A stretch of 64,000 nt of DNA from Cyanobacteria bacterium P01_A01_bin.123 (GCA_039815185.1 JBCBZT010000043.1:1-64000), one strand, 5' to 3'; numbered from the stretch's first letter, positions 19,721-31,564 are shown. The notes: a model not told the origin generated them from the letters alone. A program made the numbers and translations.

Positions 19721-21067
19721 TTACTCAAGTACCTGATTACGATTAGGATCACCTAACTGATACGGGGGTTGGGAAAAACTAATCTGCGTTTGCAAATGAG
19801 CGGGAATATTAGGCGCAGCACCCCAATGCTGCTCAAGGGCATTGATCAACTGATCTTGTCGTGCCCTCAACCCATCGAGATTGCTACCTCGGTTCAAAAT
19901 GGCAAACCAAACCAACCCTCGATCGCGGGTGGGAAACACGCCCCCCAAAGAACTCACCGTTGCCAGACTGCCTGTTTTCATTGCAGATCCCGGTGGCAAA
20001 TTGCGATTCAACAGGGTACCGCCATCCTTATCGATCACGGGCATCAGGTCAGCAATCGTGTAGTCAGTGCCCTGCAGCGATCGCTGCAGGGCAATCAGCA
20101 TTGCCACCACCCCTCGGGCCGAAATTTGATTGCCCTCCCCTAACCCCGAGCCATTCACCAACCGAATCTCAGTCGTAGAGATCCCAGTTTCCTCCGACAC
20201 GATAGCCATCATCACCTCAGGCCCACCCACCGCCTGGGCCATCATATCGGCCATCGCATTGTTGCTGTAGATATTCATCGCCTTCAACAAGCCCACCAAC
20301 GGCAGCGAGCGATGGCTGATAACCCATTGGGGGGCTACGCTGGCTTCAGCGCTAGCGGGTAAAACCTGCACATCCCCGACAACTTGCAATTGGGGAACAG
20401 GCGTGTCAGTAGGCAACCGGCCATACTGCTTGTGAGCCTCCGTTGGCCATAAAGAAGCATTCATCCCTTGCTTAAGAAATTCCCCCGCCTGAACTGGGTC
20501 GCGGTTAAAGTTCATGGCAAAGTTACCCAAGATGATCAGCTTGCCGTTGACTCGTTGAATCCCAATTTGTTGAAGGGTATTGGCCAACACGATCGCTTCT
20601 TCCCAGACAAAGAATGGATCTTGACTCGCCCGTATGACCAAATCTCCTTGCAGGATCCCCCCTTCAACCGAACCAGTAATACCCACACGGGTTTCAAATT
20701 GCTGGGTAGGCTCCCACGTTTTCAACGCAGCCAGTGTCGTAGCCAGCTTAGTGAGTGATGCTGCCGGTAGGGGCACTGAACCTTGGTGTTGGGCAATGGT
20801 TCCACCCCCAGCTAAGAAGGCAACCCCTTGAGCAGTGACAGACACCCCCGCCGCACCAAGTCCAGCAATAGACTGCCGCAAAATTGCCTCCGCCGATGGG
20901 TCAGGAGCCGAAATTTGGGCCATCCACGGTGAGCCCCACTGGGGCACAATAGGCAAGTTGGCAAGAGCCAGCGGACGCAGGGGAGGCATACTGCTGCCCA
21001 TTAAGAGCATCCCCAACAATCCTAGGCTGGTTGCCCCCAACCCAGTTTGCCAGCGAAATTTGGGCAT
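19721..21067 (-). CDS. dacB: D-alanyl-D-alanine carboxypeptidase/endopeptidase (PBP4, peptidase S13)
   Basis: SxxK (PAASLTK), SNN, KTG motifs; ATG at 21067 preferred. Confidence 0.88.
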   Translation of the reverse strand: MPKFRWQTGLGATSLGLLGMLLMGSSMPPLRPLALANLPIVPQWGSPWMAQISAPDPSAEAILRQSIAGLGAAGVSVTAQGVAFLAGGGTIAQHQGSVPLPAASLTKLATTLAALKTWEPTQQFETRVGITGSVEGGILQGDLVIRASQDPFFVWEEAIVLANTLQQIGIQRVNGKLIILGNFAMNFNRDPVQAGEFLKQGMNASLWPTEAHKQYGRLPTDTPVPQLQVVGDVQVLPASAEASVAPQWVISHRSLPLVGLLKAMNIYSNNAMADMMAQAVGGPEVMMAIVSEETGISTTEIRLVNGSGLGEGNQISARGVVAMLIALQRSLQGTDYTIADLMPVIDKDGGTLLNRNLPPGSAMKTGSLATVSSLGGVFPTRDRGLVWFAILNRGSNLDGLRARQDQLINALEQHWGAAPNIPAHLQTQISFSQPPYQLGDPNRNQVLE

Positions 21068-21143
21068 TCGCGGTGTTCCCTCAAAGTCAATTTCTCTGAG
21101 ATATGATAGCGAGTCTGGTGCCAATTTTGACAACCACTTGGAC

Positions 21144-22559
21144 TTAAACTCGGCTTTCTACCAGCGATCGCACATCTGCCACATGACCATGGAGGGCTGC
21201 AGACACCACCATCGCCGGACTCATCAATAGCGTCCGCCCAGATGACGATCCTTGACGACCCTTAAAGTTGCGGTTTGATGACGAAGCACTGATCTGACGA
21301 CCTTCCAGCTTGTCTGGATTCATCGCCAAACACATCGAACACCCTGGCTCACGCCACTCAAACCCTGCTTGCCGGAAGACTTGGTCTAACCCTTCGGTCT
21401 CAGCCTGCTGTTTAACCCGCTCAGAACCAGGTACGACAAAAGCTTTGACCTCCGGGGCAACACGATGACCCTGGGCGAATTTTGCCGCTTCCCGCAAATC
21501 ACTAATGCGCCCATTGGTGCAGCTACCAATAAAACAGACATCTACTTTAGTACCCTGAATTGGCTGCCCCGGTTGCAGATCCATATAGCGATAGGCTTCC
21601 TCTGCAATCGGGCGTTCAACTTCAGGCAAGCTCTCTAACAGGGGCACGTTTTCATCCACCCCAATCCCCTGCCCTGGTGTGATCCCCCAAGTCACCGTGG
21701 GCGAAATCTCTGCCGCATCAAACACCACTACATCGTCGTATTCAGCATCAGGGTCACTGCGAATCTGACGCCACCATTCAACCGCCCGCTGCCAATCCAC
21801 CCCTTGAGGCGCAAATTCTCGTCCCTTGAGATACTCAAAAGTCACCGCATCAGGATTCACGTAGCCACAACGTGCGCCTCCCTCAATGGACATGTTGCAC
21901 ACCGTCATGCGCGCTTCCATGTCCATTTGCTCAAAGGTAGATCCTGCATATTCATAGGCATAACCGACACCGCCCTTTACCCCCAAATTGCGAATAATGT
22001 GGAGAATCACATCCTTGGCGTACACGCCTGGACGCAATTTGCCATTCACTTCAATCCGACGCACTTTGAGTTTGGCTAGGGCTAAGGTTTGGGAGGCCAA
22101 TACATCTCGAACTTGGCTAGTGCCAATACCAAACGCGATCGCACCAAAAGCCCCATGGGTCGAAGTGTGGCTATCACCACAGGCAATAGTCATACCCGGC
22201 TGGGTCAATCCTTGTTCCGGCGCGATCACATGGACAATCCCTTGACCACCAGACCCCACATTGTAGAAAGTGATGCCATTTTCTCTGCAATTGCGTTCTA
22301 AGGCCACAATCATTTCCTCTGCCAAACTGTCAGCAAAAGGACGAGATTGCACCTCAGTTGGCACAATATGGTCTACCGTGGCCACCGTGCGTGACGGAAA
22401 CATCACCGCAAGCCCCCGCTCACGCAGCATAGCAAATGCCTGGGGACTAGTGACTTCATGGATTAAATGTAGGCCAATGAAGAGTTGAGTTTGCCCCGAC
22501 GGTAATATGCCTACCGTATGTGAATCCCAAACCTTGTCAAACAGGGTGCCTTTGCTCAT
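21144..22559 (-). CDS. leuC: 3-isopropylmalate dehydratase large subunit
   Basis: [45 protein letters not shown]. Confidence 0.97.
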   Translation of the reverse strand: MSKGTLFDKVWDSHTVGILPSGQTQLFIGLHLIHEVTSPQAFAMLRERGLAVMFPSRTVATVDHIVPTEVQSRPFADSLAEEMIVALERNCRENGITFYNVGSGGQGIVHVIAPEQGLTQPGMTIACGDSHTSTHGAFGAIAFGIGTSQVRDVLASQTLALAKLKVRRIEVNGKLRPGVYAKDVILHIIRNLGVKGGVGYAYEYAGSTFEQMDMEARMTVCNMSIEGGARCGYVNPDAVTFEYLKGREFAPQGVDWQRAVEWWRQIRSDPDAEYDDVVVFDAAEISPTVTWGITPGQGIGVDENVPLLESLPEVERPIAEEAYRYMDLQPGQPIQGTKVDVCFIGSCTNGRISDLREAAKFAQGHRVAPEVKAFVVPGSERVKQQAETEGLDQVFRQAGFEWREPGCSMCLAMNPDKLEGRQISASSSNRNFKGRQGSSSGRTLLMSPAMVVSAALHGHVADVRSLVESRV

Positions 22560-22708
22560 GAGTGCCCAACTTAGAGTAACTGATGCTACCGTTTCAAATC
22601 CCAATTGTAGCCTACGGTTCTGCAGATACCGATGACCTAAACCACATCCAATGTGGAACCTTGAGTTTTTAGCCTAGGAAAAACTATGGATCTGGATCTG
22701 AACGAAGT

Positions 22709-23179
22709 TTAATTGTCTTCCGAACGGGAATTTATCGATGAATTAAACAACTCAAGCACCTGACGACAGCATTGCTTAACCTGCTGCCCCGCAGTCGCTG
22801 CTGGTTCATTGCCTGTAAATTGCCAATGCTCAATAGTAGAGAGATTCCACTGTTTACCACGATGGTCAAATCCTGCTACTTCCAAACCAATGACGCGATG
22901 AGTCGCTTCAACAGGGTCACGATAAAGCCTGATTTGCACCAGCAAACTGCGACAGTGAAACACACGGCTGACGCCCGGAAAGTGAAATCCAATATCAATA
23001 GAGTCGGGATCAACTAGGGCCTGGGTATCTTGGTCACTGGCCCAAGGTTTGAGATCCGCCTTCAGATCAGGCAGGCACCCCTTGAAGATGCGAACCACGG
23101 TCGCAATCTTGCTGGCAAAGTCTAGGTTAATGGCTTGTTCAGAAGCGTTCACTCGATACAACTTGTAGAGTTCACTCAC
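22709..23179 (-). CDS. Conserved-looking hypothetical protein
   Basis: 156-aa ORF; DPDSIDIGFHFPG block; no function recognised. Confidence 0.65.
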   Translation of the reverse strand: MSELYKLYRVNASEQAINLDFASKIATVVRIFKGCLPDLKADLKPWASDQDTQALVDPDSIDIGFHFPGVSRVFHCRSLLVQIRLYRDPVEATHRVIGLEVAGFDHRGKQWNLSTIEHWQFTGNEPAATAGQQVKQCCRQVLELFNSSINSRSEDN

Positions 23180-23232
23180 AAAATAAGATAGCCTCTAATA
23201 CTAGGCAGTCAACTACGTAACGAGTTTCTGGC

Positions 23233-23619
23233 ATGACCATTTCCTGTCATATTCTAGCTGAGGGCAGCCCCATCATCATATACGCTAGTCGCAACGGCTC
23301 ACCCCAGAAGGTTTTGCGCACGCTGAGCAGATTTTTAGATACCTTTGCCCAAGAGCGAGAAACCGCTGGGGAATTTGTAGACACGCCGGAATGTTTAGTA
23401 GCTCAGGTCATTATTCGATTTGGGTTTGAAATCTGTGAGGATGACTTTTCCAACCTTAGGGCAGGTCTCAAGTATTATCCTGATGTCGCCTATCTTTACC
23501 AGATCAACAAGGCCTTTCACGTCACCGTTTGGGAACCCCAAGCAGCCTACCGTCAGAATCCTGAACTCGGGTTATCAGCATGTCAACAGTGCGCCATCAT
23601 CGCTGACCCTGCCAATTAA
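23233..23619 (+). CDS. Hypothetical protein
   Basis: 128-aa ATG ORF filling the gap between neighbours. Confidence 0.6.
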   Translation: MTISCHILAEGSPIIIYASRNGSPQKVLRTLSRFLDTFAQERETAGEFVDTPECLVAQVIIRFGFEICEDDFSNLRAGLKYYPDVAYLYQINKAFHVTVWEPQAAYRQNPELGLSACQQCAIIADPAN

Positions 23620-23624
23620 AGGGG

Positions 23625-24140
23625 TCACCAAACTTGATCTTCAAGATCTGCTTGGCATACGCTCAAGATTTGGCGATCGACATCGCTTAGTTCAGAGAGT
23701 TGATGGAACCCGTCAATAGTTAACTCAAGGCTGGTGCCACTGCCGTCGGCATCTGCAACCGCATCAACAGACTCCAGTGCAATAGCATAGGGAAAAGATT
23801 CTTGACTGTAGCTGTCTACCACGGTCAGAGCCATTTCAGTAGGGCGTACATCGCCATAGAAACAGTCAAAAGAAGAATTGGGCATATAAAACGCCCCAAT
23901 AGTCAACCCATTGCGGGCTTCAAATACCATATAGGCTGCACCCATCTGATCAGGTTCTGGCGACTGGCCGTAGAGATAAACACCGTTGAGTGGGAGAGTT
24001 GCTGTGACGCTCTCTTCCGACTGAGCCAAAGTGGCGCCAACCTCTGACTGGGTAAAGATAGGTTCAGCGGCTTGTGCTTGGCTGCTTTGCAAAAGTGGCA
24101 GTGTCGTAGCCCCGATAGCAAAGGCAACTAAATATCGCAT
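23625..24140 (-). CDS. Secreted hypothetical protein
   Basis: Signal-peptide-like MRYLVAFAIGA...AQA; GVYLYGQS...GAFYMP.S.FDCF.G block; start may lie further upstream. Confidence 0.7.
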   Translation of the reverse strand: MRYLVAFAIGATTLPLLQSSQAQAAEPIFTQSEVGATLAQSEESVTATLPLNGVYLYGQSPEPDQMGAAYMVFEARNGLTIGAFYMPNSSFDCFYGDVRPTEMALTVVDSYSQESFPYAIALESVDAVADADGSGTSLELTIDGFHQLSELSDVDRQILSVCQADLEDQVW

Positions 24141-24982
24141 TATTCCTTGACGGTTCAACCGTTGTCCGAACCTCAAAAGAAAGGCTAGGGAAAGGCTGGT
24201 AGTTTTTGTCAAAGCCGTTAAAGTAAGCACCTTATGACCCCTTATATAACTGTCTAACTTAGTCACCACCGCCTGAGCTACAGCAATAAACGGCCACAAC
24301 TCCACTGTATGAGAGATGTCATACTCCACAGCACGGTAAACGTGATCATGTAATATCTCTTTGTTTTCCTTACGAAAAACATTCGACTAGAGATGCTTCT
24401 GAGCAGGTTTGAGGCTGGCGATCGCAGCTCGGCATTACCTTGACAAGGACGTTCTAAAGTTCTCGTTAAAACCCTAGTAAATGCCTACAGGCGCTAGCGC
24501 CTCAATTCCGAAAGGCTGTATCAACGCAACGATTAATGACTAGCTTTCAAGCACTAATTCCTAGTCGGTCAACCAAATACATCAATTCAATTGTCCATAA
24601 TTTTCTCTAGCCAGACTTATGCCCTATGACAGAATCTTGATTGCAACAAGACCGATCTTGAGACAGAATCATCCAGAATCGGTGTCGTCAACTTTAGGAT
24701 CTTAGATTTGCGATTGTGGGTTGCAGATGTCTTACACCAAGAGAGTTTCGGGCTTGCCATTTGTGGCTATCAAAGGGCGAAATGTTAGCTTGAGCGCCAA
24801 CCTAAAGGCGTGCTTGATGCCAATCTTTGATGAACATCCTCAATAATGATTTCCTTCATAGTTTTTTAATATTTATTCCAGACGCTATGTCTGGTGCGGG
24901 ATTTCGGCCCATAACAAGCTAGGCTAGAAGATGTTCTAAATTACGCCCAGAGGGCATCCTGTGAGTTTTTGAGGAATACCCC

Positions 24983-26158
24983 ATGGAGGGAATGGCTCAG
25001 CCAATCGCACAACCCGATGCGCCTCTGAAGCTCCTGCTGTTTATTGATCAACGGCCCAGTTCTGCGGAGCAAATCCAGGAGATTCGCCGATACCTCAATC
25101 ATCTCAAAGGCGACTACGCCTACCAACTTGACGTGATTGACGTGGGCGAACAGCCATACCTCGCCGAATATTTCAGATTAGTCGCGACGCCAGCCCTGAT
25201 TAAAATTGCACCCCTCCCCCAACAAACCCTAGCGGGTAGTAATATCATCACCCAACTTGACCACTGGTGGCCCCTTTGGCAGCAAGCAATAGCAGAATCT
25301 CCAGAGCACCCCGGAACAGCTGGAAACGACACCAATCTTGACTCAAAAAAACTTGATGCCCAAAGCTCCATTGCTCATTCTGCCGAGGTCATCAAACTTT
25401 CGGATGAAATTTTTCGACTTAATCAAATCAAAGACGAACTGTCTGCCCAGTTGCTTTTCAAAGATCACATCATTGCGATGTTGGCCCACGATTTGCGTAA
25501 TCCACTCACTGCGGCCTCCATCGCCGTCGAGACTTTGGAGATGGGCCATGAAAAACCCCAGCGGCGAGCGCACATGACCCCAGCACTGACGCTGCAATTG
25601 CTAAAACAAGCAAAAACACAAATCCGGGCCATTGATCGAATGATCACAGATATTTTGCAAGCTGCTCGAGGTGCCTCCGCAGAACTACAAATTCAACCCC
25701 AACAACTTAATCTTCAAAATCTTTGCCTAGAGGTTGTTGATTCATTGCGCAGCAAATTTCAAGCCAAAGAGCAGCACTTCACAACCGATATTCCTCAAGA
25801 TTTACCCCAGGTTTATGCCGATCGCAGCCAGGTGCGTCAGGTCTTAGTCAACTTGATGGACAATGCCATCAAGTACACACCACCAGGTGGCAGGGTTGAT
25901 ATCGTTGCCCTCCATCGCACCACTCAAAAGGTACAAGTCAGCATTCACGATACTGGGCCAGGGATTCCCCTAGAGAACCGCGAAAAAATTTTTGAAGATA
26001 GCTTTCGGCTAAAGCGCGATCGCGCTAAAGATGGCTATGGGTTGGGGCTAGCGCTGTGTCAACGCATCATTCGCGCCCATTACGGTCAAATTTGGGTCGA
26101 TTCTGTTCCCAATCGAGGCAGCTATTTTCACTTCACATTACCCGTCTTCAAACGCTGA
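24983..26158 (+). CDS. sasA: Circadian output histidine kinase
   Basis: KaiB-like N-terminus (QPYLAEYFRLVATPALIK), H-box AHDLRNPL, N-box NLMDNAIKY, DTGPGI, GYGLGL. Confidence 0.93.
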   Translation: MEGMAQPIAQPDAPLKLLLFIDQRPSSAEQIQEIRRYLNHLKGDYAYQLDVIDVGEQPYLAEYFRLVATPALIKIAPLPQQTLAGSNIITQLDHWWPLWQQAIAESPEHPGTAGNDTNLDSKKLDAQSSIAHSAEVIKLSDEIFRLNQIKDELSAQLLFKDHIIAMLAHDLRNPLTAASIAVETLEMGHEKPQRRAHMTPALTLQLLKQAKTQIRAIDRMITDILQAARGASAELQIQPQQLNLQNLCLEVVDSLRSKFQAKEQHFTTDIPQDLPQVYADRSQVRQVLVNLMDNAIKYTPPGGRVDIVALHRTTQKVQVSIHDTGPGIPLENREKIFEDSFRLKRDRAKDGYGLGLALCQRIIRAHYGQIWVDSVPNRGSYFHFTLPVFKR

Positions 26159-26193
26159 AACAAAACCCTAGCCTAGGGCAGTTGTTTCTATCA

Positions 26194-27615
26194 CTAAAAG
26201 TGACGAATAATAGCGTCAGCAAACTCAGAACATTTGAGGGGCGGTTCAACTGGCGGCTCCATCATTCGCGCCAAGTCATAGGTCACCTCCTGGGAAGAGA
26301 TTGCGGTGGCAATCCCCTTCTTGATCAAGTCTGCCGCCTCTTGCCAACCCATATACTCCAGCATCATCACTCCAGAAAGAATGACAGAGCCGGGGTTGAT
26401 TCGATCGAGGCCAGCGTGTTTGGGTGCGGTGCCATGGGTAGCTTCAAAGACGGCGCAGGTATCGCCAATGTTGGCCCCCGGCCCCATACCTAACCCGCCG
26501 ACAATAGCCGCTGCTGCATCGGATAGATAGTCACCATTGAGATTCATGGTGGCTAAAATCGAGTATTCGTTTGGCCGGGTTTGAATCTGTTGGAAAATGC
26601 TGTCGGCGATGCGATCGTTGATCATCACCTTGTCTTTCCACTGGTCATTGCCATGGGTATCCCAGATTGTCTCTAGAATGGTTTCAACTTCGGCACAAAC
26701 CACAGCCTTTTTCTCAGCGGTGAGGGCATCGTAGCCCGGTTCAATTTTGCGGGCATTGTCTTCAATAGAAATTTCGGGGTTGGCTTCTTTGTTGCTCAGT
26801 ACCCATGATTCGCGTTCTAAGATGCATTCATTACGAAATTCGGTACTGGCTAACTCATAGCCCCAGTCTCGAAAGGCCCCTTCTGTATATTTCATAATGT
26901 TGCCCTTGTGCACCAGGGTAACCATTTGCTTGACCTTGGGTAGCCGCAAGGCATGCTTGATGGCCCGCCGTACCAGTCGCTGGGAACCTTGCTTGCTGAT
27001 CGGCTTGATACCAATGCCCGAATCTAGCGGGATCCGCTTTTTGCCGTGCTCTGGAGTCGCCGGAATCAGGTCAGCATTAAGCAACTCAATCAAGCGATCG
27101 CCCACTTCACTCCCTTGCTTCCACTCAATGCCAAGGTAGATGTCTTCAGTATTCTCGCGATAGACAATCACATCAAGCTTTTCAGGGTTCTTATGGGGAG
27201 AGGGTGTTCCGGGATAATATTTGCACGGACGCACACAAGCATAGAGATCGTTAATTTGTCGTAGGGCCACATTGAGAGAGCGAATACCGCCACCAATGGG
27301 GGTTGTCAGGGGGCCTTTGATAGCAACACCATAGGTCTTAATCGCGGTTAATGTGTCGTCAGGTAAGTATTGATAGGTGCCATAAACATCACAGGCTTCA
27401 TCTCCAGCATAAACTTTAAACCAAATAATCTTACGGCTATCGCCGTAGGCCGCTCTTACTGCTGCATCAAACACCTTCTGGGCTGCGGGCCAGATGTCAA
27501 CACCCGTGCCATCCCCACGAATAAAGGGAATAATAGGCGTGTCGGGGACAATCGGCTCTCCGTCTTTGAAAACAATGCGATCCCCGGTTTCTGGAGGAAT
27601 AATCTTTTGATACAT
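26194..27615 (-). CDS. icd: NADP-dependent isocitrate dehydrogenase
   Basis: [45 protein letters not shown]. Confidence 0.97.
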   Translation of the reverse strand: MYQKIIPPETGDRIVFKDGEPIVPDTPIIPFIRGDGTGVDIWPAAQKVFDAAVRAAYGDSRKIIWFKVYAGDEACDVYGTYQYLPDDTLTAIKTYGVAIKGPLTTPIGGGIRSLNVALRQINDLYACVRPCKYYPGTPSPHKNPEKLDVIVYRENTEDIYLGIEWKQGSEVGDRLIELLNADLIPATPEHGKKRIPLDSGIGIKPISKQGSQRLVRRAIKHALRLPKVKQMVTLVHKGNIMKYTEGAFRDWGYELASTEFRNECILERESWVLSNKEANPEISIEDNARKIEPGYDALTAEKKAVVCAEVETILETIWDTHGNDQWKDKVMINDRIADSIFQQIQTRPNEYSILATMNLNGDYLSDAAAAIVGGLGMGPGANIGDTCAVFEATHGTAPKHAGLDRINPGSVILSGVMMLEYMGWQEAADLIKKGIATAISSQEVTYDLARMMEPPVEPPLKCSEFADAIIRHF

Positions 27616-27717
27616 GTTGGCCGTTAGAGTTGGGTGTAGAGAAGTGAGTTTGAGATATTCGTCCAGCATCCAGGTATGACAGTGAACAGGTTGGCTTAAT
27701 AGGGCACTGCACCTTCA

Positions 27718-27731
27718 GTATCAGCAGATAC
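27718..27731. promoter_or_regulatory. NtcA-binding site upstream of icd
   Basis: GTA-TCAGCAGA-TAC within extended palindrome AGTATC-N4-GATACT, ~100 bp upstream of the icd ATG. Confidence 0.7.
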
Positions 27732-28139
27732 TTTTTGGTCTACCTTTAGGACGTTAGAGCAGGGCAAAGGAGCGCTATGTTGAAAAAAATATTTCAAATA
27801 GAGGTAGGATATAGCCTTTGTACAATTGAATTAAAGTTTTGCTTTTAATACCCATAGCAATATGTGAGAAGGCAATGAGAAGTATATCAAAATCAATACG
27901 ATGGGGGAGTTACGTGAACACAGTCGTCTGTAGTATGCATCTCCACCGCTATCCATAATCAGAAACTTTTAGGGAACGGACTATGAAGTTACGTAGAGCA
28001 GCAACTTAAACATGAACCTTAAGTGCAGGTATGTTGTAAGCGATTTTACCTTCGTAGACTAACAAGTTCTAAATTCACAACTGTTAGTCAAATCAAACTT
28101 TAATCATCAGCAATGCTAGAGAAGGGTTGAGAAACACGG

Positions 28140-28823
28140 ATGAAGAAGATTTTACTCGTTGATGATGATATCACCCTGCGAACTGCCTTAACCCGATATC
28201 TGGAGGAAAGGGGATATCACGTCATTGCAGCCGCATCGGGGCTTGAGGCGCTGTCTTTATTCGAGCAAGATCCACCTGATTTGGTGGTTTCTGACATCAT
28301 TATGCCTGAGATGGATGGGTTTAAATTTTGTCAGCGTATTCGAGCTGATAAGGTGGGACAATTGGTTCCATTTTTGTTTCTCTCTAGCCGCGGCGAGGTG
28401 GATGATCGAGTACAAGGACACAACATCGGTGCCGATGACTACCTGGTGAAGCCGTTCCATCCCAAGGAACTTGTAGCCAAAATTGAGGCTCAACTGGAGC
28501 GATCGCGGCGAATTTACTCAGAGATTGTTCGGTTGGTGCAGAAAAACGCCTCATCTGGTGGCGAAAACCAGCCTGTAGCCCCCCGTCCCTTACCGTTAAC
28601 GCCAGCCGAGGAAAAAGTCTTTTGGGAAGTGATTCAAGGATATACCAACAAGCAAATCGGCGATCGCATTTTTATTAGCCCCCGCACCGTGCAGACTCAC
28701 CTGAGCAATATTTTGAGCAAGCTTTCTCTAGATAATCGCTCCCAACTGATTCGCTACGCCTACGAACAGGGCTATCGTCCCCCGAGCTCAGACGAAGAAG
28801 ATACCAAGGACGAGCAGCCTTAG
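28140..28823 (+). CDS. NarL/LuxR-family response regulator
   Basis: Receiver (LVDDD, SDIIMP, DYLVKPF) plus LuxR HTH (TNKQIGDRIFISPRTVQTHLSNILSKL). Confidence 0.92.
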   Translation: MKKILLVDDDITLRTALTRYLEERGYHVIAAASGLEALSLFEQDPPDLVVSDIIMPEMDGFKFCQRIRADKVGQLVPFLFLSSRGEVDDRVQGHNIGADDYLVKPFHPKELVAKIEAQLERSRRIYSEIVRLVQKNASSGGENQPVAPRPLPLTPAEEKVFWEVIQGYTNKQIGDRIFISPRTVQTHLSNILSKLSLDNRSQLIRYAYEQGYRPPSSDEEDTKDEQP

Positions 28824-28958
28824 ACGGCGGCTATGTATGTATTTCACCTCAGATTTTTCAAAATTAATCGTCTTTCAACGTAAAAAGTTCTAGATTGGGT
28901 AACCAATCCCTTCTATGATCAGGGACAGTACATTCTGAACAGCGCTGTCCTGAAGTTA

Positions 28959-29669
28959 ATGTCGCCTTCTGTGTCTGCTCAATCTGATAACGTCGAGACC
29001 CTGGCCCAGCAACTCCGTGTAGAACCGCCCAAGAAGCAACTGCAAGTTCTGCAGGCATTGATCGAGGCCGGAGAACTGGGTCAGCAAACCGTCTTTGAAT
29101 TTTTGCTTGAGCGGAAGAAGGTTAAGCCGACCTATGTGGAGGGTTGGGCGTTTTGTCTGCTGCACCAAATCAAGGTCGATTCGATTACCCAAGGTCTACA
29201 AACCCATTGGCCGACTGGTCTAGTGGAGCCTATATCTACCTGCAACATTGACTATCTCTTGCTTCAAACTCATCTCATTTCCCAAGACTTTAAAGTTGCC
29301 GATCGGCTTACCCTTGAAAAGCTTTGTGAATTAGCTGGACCTGCCGCAATCAAGCGCAAGTGGATTTATTTTACTGAAGTTGAGAGTTTTCCCATCGAAG
29401 ACTTGCGAACGCTAAATACCCTATGGTCTGTTTATTCCCAAGGAAAATTTGGGTTTTCTGCCCAGCGAGATTTATGGCTTGGCGTCGGGCAAAATTGGGA
29501 TCTACTCTGGGAGAAAATTGCCTGGAAGCGAGGCAACCTTTGGACGCGCTACCCAGGTGAGTTTATCTGGAATCTCTCCGCACCGTTAGGACACTTACCC
29601 CTCTCTAACCAACTTCGAGGTGTTCGGGTAATGGCGGCTTTGATGAATCACCCAGCATGGATCGCTTAA
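28959..29669 (+). CDS. gun4: GUN4 Mg-chelatase cofactor (Ycf53)
   Basis: ADRLT, RKWIYFTEV, YSQGKFGFS.Q, GHLPLSNQLRG. Confidence 0.9.
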   Translation: MSPSVSAQSDNVETLAQQLRVEPPKKQLQVLQALIEAGELGQQTVFEFLLERKKVKPTYVEGWAFCLLHQIKVDSITQGLQTHWPTGLVEPISTCNIDYLLLQTHLISQDFKVADRLTLEKLCELAGPAAIKRKWIYFTEVESFPIEDLRTLNTLWSVYSQGKFGFSAQRDLWLGVGQNWDLLWEKIAWKRGNLWTRYPGEFIWNLSAPLGHLPLSNQLRGVRVMAALMNHPAWIA

Positions 29670-29949
29670 TCGTTTTCCCATGTAGATCCGCAGCCCTCCT
29701 AAGCTGAAAGCTCAAGCGGTTTCCCTGTTAAGTCGCAGGCTCTGCGACCCGAATCAAGTTTTCAACCCAAACGGGGATTTTTATGATCTTTAAACAACTA
29801 TAATTACGTCCGTATTTTTGCTGAAGTGATATTCGCTAAGCTTCAAGTTTTCGGCACATTTATTTAGAAAACCTGTTGTTAAGGTCGTTTAGGATGTCAG
29901 CAATTCGGGAATGATTGAATTGTAAAGATAAGCATTTGCGGCTATTTAC

Positions 29950-31485
29950 ATGAATCGGAGCGCCTCGCACAGAATGGAAATGGGATTGTCAGTCGGGAGT
30001 CCTGAGTATCGACTCAACTGCCAACTGCGATATGGATCACCCAGTCAGCGCGAATCCCAACGGTTAGACGTGCTCACAGATCTAGATCTACATGACCATT
30101 CAGAAACCGGCCATTGGCCAGTTTTTGAAGAGGCAGCTCAAACTGCTGCGCGAATGCTGGCAACCCCTTTGAGTGTGCTCAGTGTTGTTGATCGCCACGA
30201 GGAATACTTCAAGGCTGCCGTTGGATTATCGCAATTAGGATTGATGAATCCCCTGGCAAAGTCGCGACGGTTAGCCCATCAAGAATCTTTTGGGGTGCAT
30301 GTTGTAGATAGTGGCCAGCCCTTAATTTTAGACAACACGACTACCCATCCGGCCTTTTCTCAGAGTTTGCTAGTCCAGCAATATGGGATTCGTGCCTATT
30401 TGGGCGTACCACTAACGACCAGCGAAGGGATTTGTGTGGGCACCCTGGCAGTTTTTGACACCGCCCCTCGCCAATTTACGGCCCAAGATGTGGCTGTACT
30501 TGAGCTCAATGCCCGTTGGAGCATGAGTGAGCTAGAGCGCGATCGCCTCAGTAAAAACTTAAGCGTTCAACCCGCAGTGTCAGCGAGATCTGTCTCACCC
30601 TCTCATGACAGCACCGTTCCTCCTAGTCTCGAGTCAACCCTAAACTCTGTTCGCATTGCCTTGATTTCACAGCTGACACAGGATTTACGTAACCCGCTGA
30701 CATCCATCATGGGTATGGCCAGTATGCTCAGTCGAGAAATTTACGGTCCCTTGACCGAAAAGCAACGGGAATACACCGAGATTGTGCGGCAGAGTAGCCA
30801 AAGCTTGCTATCTTTAGCCGACGAGATTATTGAACTCGGGGTATCCAATGAAGATTATCGCCAGCTAACGGTGGCCCCGGTCGACCTTGAGATGTTAACC
30901 CAGCAGGCGCTCAGCAATTTAGAGACCTTGGCTAATCAGCAAGAACAAAAGCTCCACCTCACCATCGAACCCAGTTCACGCATCTGGAGCCTAGACAAAA
31001 GCAAGGTTAAGCAACTTCTTTACCATCTGGTCTTTAGCCTCGTCCAGATGGGGAGTGCAGGCAATACCATACGACTTCATATCTCTCGCAAAGATGACCG
31101 GCTCAATATTGCCCTCTGGGTTGCTAATCCCTGGCTAGGCGAAGGACTGCCTCAAGCCGTCATATCACTACATGAGCAGCTAGGCACCAAACGCCACAAA
31201 CAATTTACTCTCCCCATGGAGGATCGAAAGACTCAATCCAAAGCTGCCTATGATTGGATGCTTGAGTCTGCTGAATCAGAGTTTTTACTGCCTGAACCGG
31301 CTGATCATCCATCACCATCGATGGCGGCTTCGCGAGAGGAACTCGGCATTTTGTTGAGCCATCAACTCGTGGAAGTTCATGGGGGTCAGCTGCAACTGCA
31401 AGGATCCATCACCAGCGGTTATCGCTACGTGATTATCTTGCCCTCAATGGCTCAAACCAACCGTGACTTACAGCTCATTGGCTAG
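29950..31485 (+). CDS. GAF + degenerate histidine-kinase domain protein
   Basis: GAF (IRAYLGVPL...GTLAVFD); HisKA-like TQDLRNPLTSI with Gln at the His position; degenerate ATP boxes. Confidence 0.8.
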   Translation: MNRSASHRMEMGLSVGSPEYRLNCQLRYGSPSQRESQRLDVLTDLDLHDHSETGHWPVFEEAAQTAARMLATPLSVLSVVDRHEEYFKAAVGLSQLGLMNPLAKSRRLAHQESFGVHVVDSGQPLILDNTTTHPAFSQSLLVQQYGIRAYLGVPLTTSEGICVGTLAVFDTAPRQFTAQDVAVLELNARWSMSELERDRLSKNLSVQPAVSARSVSPSHDSTVPPSLESTLNSVRIALISQLTQDLRNPLTSIMGMASMLSREIYGPLTEKQREYTEIVRQSSQSLLSLADEIIELGVSNEDYRQLTVAPVDLEMLTQQALSNLETLANQQEQKLHLTIEPSSRIWSLDKSKVKQLLYHLVFSLVQMGSAGNTIRLHISRKDDRLNIALWVANPWLGEGLPQAVISLHEQLGTKRHKQFTLPMEDRKTQSKAAYDWMLESAESEFLLPEPADHPSPSMAASREELGILLSHQLVEVHGGQLQLQGSITSGYRYVIILPSMAQTNRDLQLIG

Positions 31486-31564
31486 CGAACCACATCAGCG
31501 TTGAAAACCCGAGCATTGAGTTTAAGCAAAAGCTATGGGTCTAGCGTGATCCAAGGCTTAATGT

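Noticed and set aside
21144..22559. leuC without leuD
   Set aside because: These genes are often unlinked in cyanobacteria
24330..24982. Long intergenic region before sasA as ncRNA or small gene
   Set aside because: Only very short ORFs and small hairpins; no recognisable RNA family
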